Assembly (NCBI GenBank): GCA_964019335.1
Contig: OZ025649.1
Location: 124,001 to 188,000 of the forward strand
DNA length: 64,000 bases
From: Diplonema japonicum
Taxonomy: Eukaryota > Protista > Euglenozoa: Diplonemea
Direction of reading: 5' to 3'
The notes beneath the pieces are model-generated. The model was not told the DNA's origin. It made no database searches and worked only from the letters and a program-made list of their open reading frames with translations. This document shows positions 1 to 10,933 of the stretch, one piece after another; position 1 is the stretch's first letter; each line of letters starts with the position of its first letter. The translations under genes were made by a program, and so were the position numbers.

Positions 1-1
1 C

Positions 2-565
2 TGTTCGGGATCGCCTATGCCGAAGGCTTATAGTGACTGCGTGGAGGCATTCCACGTGACTTCCGGTGGAACGCCTGTGAACAGATCACGCGAGACCATC
101 AAACCGACACTGCTGGTGCTACTGAATAAGCAGCCTCTTCGGAAATGCTTCAGCAGCGATAAGGATGAGGTTGAGTATGTGACAGAAGAAGCGTGCAGCG
201 AGGCCCTGCGTGGCTGCGACGAGCGGAATGGCGGTTGCTTGGGGAACTTCTTCTGCAGCTTGCACGCCTTCATGCTCCCGCTAAAGGACTCGAAGTTCCG
301 TCCGCGCAACAGATCCGACGTCCAGGGCGGCCCTGTGTTCGGGGTGAGCATCTCAACACTGCAGGTTGTGATTCATCACCTGCTGACTGACCAGATCCGT
401 CATTCCCTTGAAATCCAGAAGGGAGTGGGGAAAGCCATCCTTTCTGAGGCTGCCTGGGTGCGGTCCCTCCCCATTAAGGTTGGCATCATCAACGAAGCTA
501 TCCACAAGTGGGGGTGCCCCGTGCTCATCACTGCTGATGACATTAGGAAATACAACACAATATGA
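2..565 (+). CDS. 3' portion of a hypothetical protein (frame open from window start)
   Basis: Frame open from base 2 to TGA at 565 with coding-like composition; no motif recognised. Confidence 0.55.
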   Translation, partial: CSGSPMPKAYSDCVEAFHVTSGGTPVNRSRETIKPTLLVLLNKQPLRKCFSSDKDEVEYVTEEACSEALRGCDERNGGCLGNFFCSLHAFMLPLKDSKFRPRNRSDVQGGPVFGVSISTLQVVIHHLLTDQIRHSLEIQKGVGKAILSEAAWVRSLPIKVGIINEAIHKWGCPVLITADDIRKYNTI

Positions 566-721
566 CTCTTTTGTTTGTTTATTTTTTTTACTTTGTATTC
601 CCAGTTTGACACAAGAAGCCCTTGTAACACGCCAGACCCCTTCCCTTCTCGAAAGTCCTTCCCTCTTCCATTCCAACAACAATAAACACCACACTGTCCC
701 TGGATGAGAGGATGATGGGGC

Positions 722-759
<38 letters not shown>

Positions 760-761
760 CG

Positions 762-793
<32 letters not shown>

Positions 794-1438
794 GCCACTC
801 CCTTTTTTTTTAAAAAGGGGGGGTAGCTCGCAAGAAAAGAGTTAAATTTCCACTTCTTGAAGGAAAAAAAAGGGGGTAAGACAAGTTCACGAACTACAGA
901 AAGGACCATTGATGCAAAAACACGAGCTTCTAAGTACTATTGGGATAAAGCCATATCATGTAAAAAACGTGTTTTGGGTCAGATTTGGCCCTTTTTTTGA
1001 TTTTTTCCCCCCTTTGTTTCTGCGTTCCCTTCATTTCCCCCTCCTGTCAGTACTACTGAAAAAGAAAACTATTTGTAAGCAAAGCGCAGCTTGCAAACTA
1101 CCCCCCCCTTTTTTTTATGGGCTAACAGAAAGGTGCCAGTGGCACGCAACACAACAGACGTTAGAATAGGGTTACCCATTTCTTCTTAATTCTTTCTTTT
1201 TCTTTCTTTTCTTTTTCTTTTTTTTTTCTTTTCTTTTGTCTCCTCCCCACAGTTATATCCGCCAAAAAAAAAAAACGAAAGAAGAGAGAGAAAAAAGGGA
1301 GAGATGAGAAAAAAAAGGGGGGGGAAGAGGGGGGAAAGGAAAAGGAGGAAGTTTTTCTACAGTGTAGCTAGAATTTCTTTTCTATTTCATCATTCGTTCC
1401 CCACCACAACACACAGGAGGGAGTGACCACATACCGAC

Positions 1439-4391
1439 ATGTCTTCGGCATGCGACTCTGTGATGGACTGCGATGCCGTGGTCCTCCTGAACTCTGGTTC
1501 AGGAGACTACACCACCACGACGCAGAAGGATGGGCAGCTGCACTTCAGCTTTCCCAGTGACAGCAAGCCTGCAACAGTGAAGCTCACCTCCCACGACATG
1601 ACGATACAACCATGGTACAGACAAGCAGAGAAGGGCAAGATCCACCTACCGAAGGAAGTAGAGGCGGCTGACGGGCCGCAGTCTGTCTACAAGTCCTACT
1701 TCAAGGACGCGCCTAACAAGATGCTTGATGGGCAGAACATCATGATCACCTCGTACGGTGACGAGAAGACACGGAAGGCAGGGCTTATGCTTGGTGATAG
1801 CAAATCACAAGAAGGTGTTCTGCACCTCTTCATCAAGGACCTCTTCCAGTGTGATGTATGTGAAAAAAAAAAAAAAAGGAGGTTGTAACAATCAACATCA
1901 CAGGGCGCGCACCACCACGACCTCAGGCTCACTGCCTACGCGTTCTGCCCTACTGGTGAAAAGGTCACCGACATGATCCCTGACGACGGGGGCGACTGTC
2001 TACTCAAAGACGCTGACGCCAAGCGTGCAGGGTCCGACCTCATCGGCCTGCAAGGTACTGCTTCAACACAACCTGCGATTTTTTTGAATCTTTTTTATAA
2101 ACAGCTACAATGTTGAAGGACTACGAGACTGCAAAGAAGGAGCTTACAAGAATACAGGAGCACGTCACCGCCCTGAAACAGAAGGAGATAGACTTCGTGG
2201 AGAAGCGTTCCGAGCAGATGGGGCTTAAGATCGCCCGCAACGACGACGAGGTGGACTTAGGGTTTGACTCTGCTGACGTATGCTGACTGCTGAGGGGGAG
2301 GGGGACTACAAAACACACAGAGTAAAAAGAAAGTCGAGTCCTACATGCCAGAGCCCTTCCATGACCAGATGATCGTCGTCACTGTCACAGCCTACGCAGG
2401 TGAGAAGTCCATCCTCAGCGAGAGAAAGTCGGCGCAGTGGAGCTCCGCAACCTTCCTCATCCTCCCAGAAACAGCACGACCTGAAGCGGTCGGCGCCCTC
2501 AGGCAGGACGACGTTGTGAGGTACCTACAACAGCAACACATACTTACTTAACTACACACAGATACGAAAAGGTGCAGAAACTGCTCTGCGCTGTTTTTGC
2601 AGTGCAAACTGCTATCAGATTAAAGAGGAGAAGGATCCCTTTCCTTGCGCACCGCTTCACCTCCACACTGCGTATCCCTTACAGACAGACAGGCGAGAGG
2701 GAGGCAGAGCTCAAGCTAATCAGGAACGCAAGCTTTAGAAGCAAGCACGTGCAGGGGAAAGATGGCTCGCCCACAGCGTCCCCTAGGTACACAGAAGCAG
2801 ATGCACCCGTCACAAAGAGCATAGTGCTGCTGCACATTTCAGGGAACGGCGACAGCATCATGGAGAACTTCCACACTTTCACTTGCGTCAAGAGGTTCAC
2901 GGAGATGCAAGGGGCGACACAGGGGCTGTTCTCGCGCCACCTCGGTATCGAGCAGGCGCAGATGGACAGGGAGATTGCAGCCCTCATCCTGCAACTCGAC
3001 ATTGCGAAGTCCGTGCACAGCTACAAACCCCTGCTGTTCGGGAACGAAAGCAAGAAGGAAAACGACAAGTCGATCATCGAGCGTGAGAACGCAGCGCTGA
3101 AGAAGAAGGAGGGGATCATCAAGGCCGCCGAGGAGGAGCGGGACGAGAGGATCAAGACTGCTGCACATCATATTGCCGACCGGAACATCCAAGAAGAAAA
3201 AGCGAGATGCGCACAGATCCAGCAAGCACACTCCGACGTCATGGCGAAGAAGAAGAGGCTGGAGGACGAGTTGCACAAGTGGAAGACACTCTCTGTTGAT
3301 GATCTTAACACTGAAATCTCAGGCCTGAACAGGGACCTGGCAGTGGTCGAGAAGAAGAGCACGTCGCTTGAACAGGACCAGGAGCGCTTGAAGAAGGCAC
3401 TTGAAGACAAGAAGAAGGCGATGAGCAATATGACGTCGGCACTTGCGGAGAAGCAGCGCAAGGCATTGGCGGAGATCGAGAAGCGGAAGGCCGAAGCGAA
3501 GAAGGTTGCGGACGACAGGAAGCAGGCGGTGTCCACCTCGATCAAGGGTATGCGAGACGGTGTCGTGAAGGCCAACACGGTGGTGAGGAACGTGGCCGAC
3601 AAGCTTGTGACCGCTTCGCCGGCATCGAAGGAGTACGTGGATCAACTGAAACAGTCGATTGTAGGGTTGGAGGGCATCCTCGACAGGCTGATGCCAGGGG
3701 AGCCCTCACCTCAACAGCTTCAGAGAGTGGCCGCCGTGAAGGAACGTCTGCTCAAGATGTGGACACACGAACTGCTGCACATGCAGCGTGCGCTGAGGGA
3801 AGCTGGCGTCCCGCTTCCTGTGAACCCATCACTCAACCCGAACTGCAACATCCCGCTGGACACGTTGAGGCCAGTGGTGGGCGTGTACCTCATCTTCGAA
3901 GGTATGTGCACAAAACAAAAACAACAACACAACACAATACAGGTATGACGGGGCTGGCAGACGATCGTGAGATGAGGTTCAGCATTGCTGCATCGAGGCG
4001 CGGTGTGGTGAGGGAGTCCCCCAGGGTAGCGCTGAGCAACGGGGTGGTGACCTGGAACTACCACACGCAGTTCGTGACGAGACTGCCTGCACCCACCGCG
4101 GGGAAAACGGCTTGTGATCTGCTCACGATGTCTGTGACAGAGTTCCTGCCCGACGGCTCCTTCGCAGAGTCGCTGCCCTTCGACATCGACCTCACGGCGC
4201 TGGCCTGCAAAGCGCCTAGAAAGTACGTTATCATGCCTTGTAATGAATCTGATTTGCGAGTGTGCTTCCACGCCACCACGCGTCACATGAGACCCAAGCG
4301 GGTGAAGGCAAATCCCCTCATGACCGCAAAGCAGGTCAGCCAGCACAAGCATTCTGACGTCCCTTACGGCCCCTCATCTGACGAGGAATGA
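1439..4391 (+). CDS. Degenerate kinesin-like protein (pseudo-motor + coiled coil + C-terminal NT-type C2-like domain), 6 exons
   Basis: GT-AG introns 1856-1903, 2055-2104, 2278-2320, 2521-2561 and 3902-3942 join the ORFs in frame. Kinesin-like segments MLDGQNIMITSYGDEKTRK, EGVLHLFIKDLF, RRIPFLAHRFTSTL and KSIVLLHISG..ENFHTF. C-terminus (NGVVTWNYHTQFVTRL...DIDLT) resembles NT-C2. Confidence 0.7.
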
Positions 4392-5501
4392 TGAGACTTT
4401 AAAAGTGCAGAGTCGAGCTTAAGAGGTGCGCCCCGTTGGTTCTTTTTTTTTTCCTGTGCTTGTTTGTATGTATTAGAGGCCCTCTTTTTCTTAGTTCGGT
4501 GATACACAAGGATGGGGGAGGATGACGAGGGGGGGGAAGAAGCGTCTGAGCAGCAGGTCCTACGAAGAGTGTTTTTTTCTTCTTTTTTTTTTTCACAATG
4601 ATAGAATCAGAATAAGTAAGTCTTTCTTTCTTTGTCTCAAATATTTCGCTTCTAATTATTTTGGCGATTCTCGACTCTGCTCTGGACCGGCGGACGCGTT
4701 ACTGTTTTTCTTCTTCTTTTTTTTTTTTTTTTTTTTTTTTTTTTCCTCCCTCAGCACTTCCACGAAGCAAAAAAAAAAAAAAAAAAAAAAAACCATAAAA
4801 AGAAATTTACTTTGACAAATGTGAACAAAAAAAAAATATAAGTTTGAAAGAAATGAAGAAAAAAAATAATAATAATAAAAGAAATGGTGCAATGCTATGA
4901 CCAGTGTCAAGAAAAAAATAAAAGAGACGAAAGAAGAAGAAAAAAAAAACTTATACACACTTTTCCGAACTTTTTTTTCTTCTTTTTTCCCCCCTTGTTA
5001 TACACCCCTCCCCCCTTTTTTTTCCTTTTTTTTCTTTTTTTTTTTTCATTTCTTTTGTTTCATATTGCACCACCCCCAGTGTTCTCACCCTCTTTTTTTT
5101 CCTTCTTTTTTCTTTTCCGGTTGGGGCAAAAAAAAAAAAAAGAAAAAAAAAATTACAAGAAAAAATTCTCTGACAATCCAAACAAAGAAGAGAACGGAAA
5201 CAAACTCCCGGTGATTGAGGCCATTTCAACGGTGAGAGTTAGGTAAGAGTGCTCCACTCTCTCCTACGAGGCCCTTTTTTTTTTCTTTTTTTTTTTCCCT
5301 TTTTGAGTCGTTTGCGGTATACCACTTCTCTTTTTTTCCAAATCCACCTTTTATCCCCCATTTTTTTATTTTCCTTCTTTTTTCCCTTTTTTATCTTCAC
5401 CGCACCCCCGCCCCGCCCTTTGATGTGACGGTCTTAGCTTCTTCCTCCCCCCCATTCGTCTCGTTGATGCAAAACAACACTCACAGGAAGGGGAAAAGAA
5501 C

Positions 5502-6566
5502 ATGGACTGGAAAATCCTTGGAATCATGGCTCTTGTGCTGTACGGGCTGTCCACCATACTCATCTCCAGCAACTACTCAACAGGAAATCGAACCACACCT
5601 TTGGTGTGCACGGCAAGGTACACAGGACGTACCTGCAATTTGTGCACATTTCCGATGTATGGGTTCAAATGCATCAGGGGGAACTGGATCGGCACGACAA
5701 CTGCTTTGCACACTGAAAAAGTGCGTGTGGCCTTTTTAACAGGCGGGGTCAGTGCAACAGAACAGGGCGTCACCGAGAAACTTGAGATTCTTAAAGAAGC
5801 CCTTTTGAAGCAGCCTCTTGTATCTGAGGTTGTGATCCACACGTACACCAACAACCTCGCTGAAGAACTCAAAGAGGAGCGCGTGTCCTTCGTTGTGCCT
5901 GTGTACTATGACGTTAGGCTCGAGTCTGTATTGGAAAACACCGAAACCAGTGTGGTCAAACTCCCTTGGGTAGTGCACAACAACACAGCGCTTTACCTCT
6001 GGAAGAGCCTTGGAACCCTGGTGGATGGCTACCTTAGTTCCAGCGAAAAACTCCTTGAAAACATGGGCAAGAACCGGCCTGTAAGGGCGCTCAACCTTCC
6101 TTCTACAAAACACTGTTGTAGACAGCAAACCTCTGCCAATGTCACTTTTTACGGCGACCACAGTGAGGACGCGCAGTACATCAGTGACGAGATCAAGCAT
6201 TTCGGAGCAACCGAGCTCACGACCACATGTCTTCCAAGAACGGCGTTTACCGTTTCTTACCAACCGAACCTCTTCTTCCAGGATGCCGCCCCTCTCCTCG
6301 CGTTTGATAGTTCGCTCTGTGACTCGCTTTATATCACGTCACCACACTCGCCACACCAGCTCCCACTGCGCCACCTCGCTCCGCACTCCCACTACCCACA
6401 GTCCTTCTTTGACCTACGTTTGGCTATATCTTCTTCTTTGAGCAACCCTAGCCAACGTGCATCTGATTTACGTCTGCTCAAAGAAGTGGCCAAAAGGGAA
6501 TTGAGCCCAACAGTTGTTGCACAGACACTGATAGATACTTATTTTGTACTGAAGGAGTTAAAATAG
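5502..6566 (+). CDS. Type II membrane protein, possibly glycosyltransferase-like (GT-B C-terminal lobe)
   Basis: 354 aa ORF with N-terminal hydrophobic anchor. C-terminal SFFDLRLAISSSLSNPSQR...VAKRELSPTVVAQTL resembles the Glyco_trans_1_2-type tail. Confidence 0.5.
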   Translation: MDWKILGIMALVLYGLSTILISSNYSTGNRTTPLVCTARYTGRTCNLCTFPMYGFKCIRGNWIGTTTALHTEKVRVAFLTGGVSATEQGVTEKLEILKEALLKQPLVSEVVIHTYTNNLAEELKEERVSFVVPVYYDVRLESVLENTETSVVKLPWVVHNNTALYLWKSLGTLVDGYLSSSEKLLENMGKNRPVRALNLPSTKHCCRQQTSANVTFYGDHSEDAQYISDEIKHFGATELTTTCLPRTAFTVSYQPNLFFQDAAPLLAFDSSLCDSLYITSPHSPHQLPLRHLAPHSHYPQSFFDLRLAISSSLSNPSQRASDLRLLKEVAKRELSPTVVAQTLIDTYFVLKELK

Positions 6567-6876
6567 TTACACTTTATTTTTTAGAGCAAAATGCTACTTC
6601 GTCATTGCTGCTGGTGTTTGGAGGATTCTGTGTTGCCTGTATTTTTTCTAACAACGTCATCATCGGTGTCGCTCCTGTGTCGTCCTTCTTCCCGTTTTTG
6701 CCCATGAAAAAAAAGAAAAAAAAACCTTTGTAGGACAACTGGTGTGCTACAAGACTAGTGAAATGTAGAGAGGGAAATCTTGTTCTATTATTTTCCAACA
6801 GAAGTGCTACATAACCAAGTCGTCGTATTTATTTAATCGATACCTCCTGTGTCAATCAATCCAAAAATATTGCAAC

Positions 6877-6948
6877 TCCTCGGTAGTATAGAGGTCAGTA
6901 TATCCGCCTGTCACGCGGATGACCCGGGTTCAATTCCCGGCCGGGGAA
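6877..6948 (+). tRNA. tRNA-Asp(GUC)
   Basis: Cloverleaf: acceptor TCCTCGG/CCGGGGA, anticodon arm TCCGC-CTGTCAC-GCGGA, T arm CCGGG-TTCAATT-CCCGG, followed by a T-run (Pol III terminator). Confidence 0.95.
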
Positions 6949-6970
6949 TTTTTTCTTATTTCATCACAGG

Positions 6971-8707
6971 ATGCAAAGGTTTCACTATGATAATCCTGCA
7001 GCCAAATATGAACGACTTCAGATGGTGGGAAAAGGCAGTTTTGGGCAGGTCTATCTTGTACGGAACAACAAAACAGGCGAACGGGCAGTGATGAAATGCA
7101 TTTCGTTGGTGGGGATGGGAAGTCAAGAAAAAACTGAGACGATGAAAGAGGCGAACATGCTTCAGAGGTTGGATCATCCAAATATTATCAAGTACATCGA
7201 GTCGATGGAGAGCAACAGTTCATTGAAGATCGTGACGGAATATGCGGCGAAGGGTGACCTGCATCAGCTTCTGAAAGCAAGGAAAGGGAAGCGGCTGGGA
7301 GAGACGCTTATCTTAGATTGGTTCCTACAGATATGTCTCGGGATGAAATACCTACATAGCAAGCACATTCTGCATAGGGACATCAAGACGAGCAACATCT
7401 TTCTCAGTGATAAGGGTTTAATTAAAATAGGTGATTTCGGGATCTCTAAGGTGATGGCACACACTATGCAGTGTGCTAGGACTGCCGTAGGAACCCCCTA
7501 CTACATGTCACCTGAGATCTGCCAAAACCGCCCCTACAACAACAGGAGCGACGTGTGGGCCATGGGCTGCGTACTCTACGAGCTTTGCACGTTGAAACAT
7601 GCTTTCGAGGCCAACTCCATGAAGGCGCTTGTCGCGGAGATTTTGCGCGAAAAAGTTAAACCTATCCACCCCGACTACAGCCAGGACATGAGAGACCTCA
7701 TAAACCCAATGCTTAGGAAAGATCCTGATCGCAGGCCTGCCGTCGCCCAACTGTTGCAGATGCCTTGCATTAAAGAACGGATTAAAGCCTTTCTTGAAGG
7801 CCGTGCAACCACCGTTGATGCGATAAGGTCGCCACGGCCACTTCCAAAGAAACCACTCCCACCACCCCCGCAACGGCCTGAGCAGGCAGTGCTCCCGCCT
7901 ATACCAAAGCGGAGGGATGGATCTCCCAATGATGCTGTCACAAGGGCACAGCAGAGGATTAACGAGGCACGACGGGTGTCACGCATTGCTGAACGAGAAA
8001 AAGAGAAGGATATTGCTGTGCATGCTTTAAAGATTGAGAACATCAACAAGCGACAGAACCAGTTTAAGCGAGCCAACGTCCCGAGAAGGACTCCTAACCC
8101 GCACCTCCAGCCACTTAATCATCAGCCAGTGGCCCGACCAGCAGAGAAACCCCGACCTGCAACCAGGAATCTTCCGCCTCTCCCTGCCAAAATGGAACCA
8201 CGCCACAACTTGATTCCAAAATTGCCCGAGAGAGAGCCAGACTCGCCTTTAGTAATGAGCATGAAAGATGCCCTGGCACCTATCAAAGAAGAAGATGAAG
8301 CGATTTTTGTCGAAAAAGATGGTGTTGTTGGTGTGGCTTTCCATAACGGAGTTGACCCACTGCAGAAGGTATTCTTACATTGTGTAATATAACACCCACA
8401 CCAGTTCGAGCTCAATGGTGCAACGTTTAAGCTGCGAAACACCTCCCCTCGTGACAGTCTGTCTCAACGGGTGGAAGTACTTCGCATGCATCTCGAAGAG
8501 CTTCTTGGAAGTGCTAAATTGATGCAGGTCCACCGCATCCTAAGCACGGTCTCAGGCGAGGAGGTATGAGGAAAACCAAGCACGTATCAATCTCAATAGG
8601 CTGGCGAAGCTGCCATTTCACAAGTGAAAGACATCATGGGACCTCACAAGGCCTCTTACCTCCCTTTGATAATGCAACTTATCTTTTGTGAGGAATCTAT
8701 GATATAA
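6971..8707 (+). CDS. NIMA-related (NEK1-like) Ser/Thr kinase, 3 exons
   Basis: Motifs GKGSFG, HRDIKTSNIF, DFG and GTPYYMSPE. Introns 8369-8404 and 8564-8599 add a NEK1-like tail (RVEVLRMHLEELLG...LIMQLIFCEE). Confidence 0.93.
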
Positions 8708-8739
8708 TATCAGTTTTAGTGGCGTTTGACCCCTCACAT

Positions 8740-8811
8740 GCTCCTATGGTGTAGTGGTTAGCACTCTGGACTTTGAATCCAGCAGCCTGGGTTCAAACCC
8801 CAGTGGGAGTG
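8740..8811 (+). tRNA. tRNA-Gln(UUG)
   Basis: Acceptor GCTCCTA/TGGGAGT, anticodon arm CTGGA-CTTTGAA-TCCAG, T arm CTGGG-TTCAAAC-CCCAG, followed by T6. Confidence 0.93.
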
Positions 8812-9563
8812 CTTTTTTCAAATGGCAATCGCATCGTCTGATGTGAGCTTCTGGATCGTTGTGAGGGGAATTTCTTCCCTTTTCGACCTGTCTGGGTCGT
8901 GTGTCCCGTGTTGAGAGTGCCATAACCTGGTTTCGTTCTTTTATTTCTCTTCTGACAAACGAAGTCTGACTCGAGGCGTTTAGTAAGGTATCCACCAAGC
9001 GAAACATAAAGAATAACCTTGAAGAATAGCAAAAGCAAAAGACAAAATTTCTTCTTTTCACTTTCCTACTTCTGTATTGTCCCCCCGCCCTTTCACCCAT
9101 AGAGGGACCTCCAAGGAGAGGCCCTTGAAATAAAAGAAACAAAGATAAATGGAAACCCCAATGCCGTATTTAGACATCCTCGTGGTGTCATACCATTGTA
9201 TTAGTTAGTACCCTCCCAGCTTCAAGGGTGAATGGAGCCTCGCCCTCAAACCCAAAATTCATTATTGTTCCCCCTCTTTTTTCTTTCGGAGTACATTGCG
9301 AAGCTCAAGAGCACGCCATAATCGTGAATATCGCGGGCCGTGAAAGCCCACTGCACAATAGAGTTCCAAGTTTCTCCTTAACTCACGGTTCTTATTTACG
9401 AATATGGAAATAAAAGAAACAGGACCCTTAAAAAGGCTATTTCTCAACAAACATCTCTACCTCAAAAGTTACTTTTTTTTCTCTTTTTCTCTTCTCTCTT
9501 TTGTTTCAGTTCTTTGGAAGTCTATATCTTTACCACATAAAGAATGCGATTATACAGGGAAAG

Positions 9564-10523
9564 ATGGATTCAGACAGTGAAACAATAACAAGCAGCGAAG
9601 AAGAGGAGGTGGTCGAGGTAGTGGACTTTGCAAAAGAAGCCGCCAAGCGGTTGGAGGAAGACCGGGAATGGCAAAAAACCGGAGCGGTGAAGGAACGGAA
9701 ACAAGAGAAACCGACACAGAAACAAAAGAGGGACCCATATGCAATGCTGCCGAAGAGATACAAACATACGGAGGTAATGCCGAAGGCAGCTCCGAAGAAG
9801 GTGAGGGAGGTGACAGAAGATAAAACACTTGCTGTGGTTGAGGCAGCTCCAGTCCCAGAAGTGGTGGTTGATGAGAATTTACAGGTATCAGATTTGCCAC
9901 CACCGACGATGGAACCGGAGCCTGACTATCTAGGCGACTTCGATCCATCAGTTCTAGCAAATCTTTTAGAGAAGGAGAACGATGAACGTGTGTACCATCC
10001 GCACATGGACGATGATGAGAAGTTCGACCTTGCTCAATCTGTGCTTGAAGAGATGTTGGAGGCTGACCCTCGGTTCTGGCAGATCCAAATTGATTTCAAA
10101 GACAAGCACTGCAACATCTTTGAGGATGCAGAAGAGAACAAGCTCCAATACACCAGCGTGCACCAGGAGTGGGTCGCAATCATGGACAGCTATATCACCA
10201 AAAAACTGACACACACCATCAAAAATTTCTCTGTGTCCGACTTCATGGAGATCCTCGAAGTGCGTTCCGACGAGGTCAGCGGCGAGGTCTGGTCGTTTCT
10301 TCTCTCGTTCACCGATTTCCAAACCTTCAAAACTACAATGTTGAACCACAAGCTCGGTTTCGATGAGGAGACCGATTTTGTGCTCAGCAAAGGCGAAGTA
10401 AATCGGATTATCAACGACGCGCAGTCCATTATGGACGGGCACTTCGTTACTGCCATCAAGCAAAAAGAGGCGCTTCTCGCGCAACAGGCCGTCGAATCGG
10501 GCATGGAGAACCTTGATATTTAA
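9564..10523 (+). CDS. BART/ARL2-binding domain protein
   Basis: FKDKHCNIFEDAEENKLQYTSVHQEW...LLSFTDFQTFKTTML matches the ARL2BP/BART domain. Confidence 0.8.
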   Translation: MDSDSETITSSEEEEVVEVVDFAKEAAKRLEEDREWQKTGAVKERKQEKPTQKQKRDPYAMLPKRYKHTEVMPKAAPKKVREVTEDKTLAVVEAAPVPEVVVDENLQVSDLPPPTMEPEPDYLGDFDPSVLANLLEKENDERVYHPHMDDDEKFDLAQSVLEEMLEADPRFWQIQIDFKDKHCNIFEDAEENKLQYTSVHQEWVAIMDSYITKKLTHTIKNFSVSDFMEILEVRSDEVSGEVWSFLLSFTDFQTFKTTMLNHKLGFDEETDFVLSKGEVNRIINDAQSIMDGHFVTAIKQKEALLAQQAVESGMENLDI

Positions 10524-10933
10524 CCGCTGCATGGCTCCATCTGTGAATACTTAGTTATGTTTAACCAACAGTTTCTAGTTACTGTAAAAGGAAGATCACT
10601 GGAAAAGAAAGTGTTCGTTCGTTGGCACCGCAACCAAATTCTGATACACAGCATTGCTAACGCTTGTCTTCATCGCCTTATTTAAAATGAACAAAAGCAC
10701 TTTGACTAGGCGAGCGCACTGTCGGACACTGGAAACCTCAGTCATTAACTGGGAGGTGCAGGACTTGCGTTGCAAAGAAACTCAAATCCCTTCTGAGGCT
10801 GAAAAGCAGTCGTCCATGGTGCCACAGCGCCAGGCATCCGCGTCCGGATATTTTTTCCTTCCAGTGATATTCTATTTCACAGTATTCTTTCTTTTGGAGT
10901 TTTTCTCTTTATAAGCAGTCCTCCAGGGGCGAC

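Noticed and set aside
4388-4440. Possible C/D snoRNA (ATGATGA)
   Set aside because: The motif overlaps a stop codon, and there is no suitably placed CTGA box or terminal stem.
4399-5246. Poly-K/poly-F ORFs here and in other A/T blocks
   Set aside because: Artefacts of homopolymer runs.
6574-6705. Small minus-strand ORF or divergent snRNA upstream of tRNA-Asp
   Set aside because: No recognisable snRNA or protein motif, and it runs against the cluster direction.
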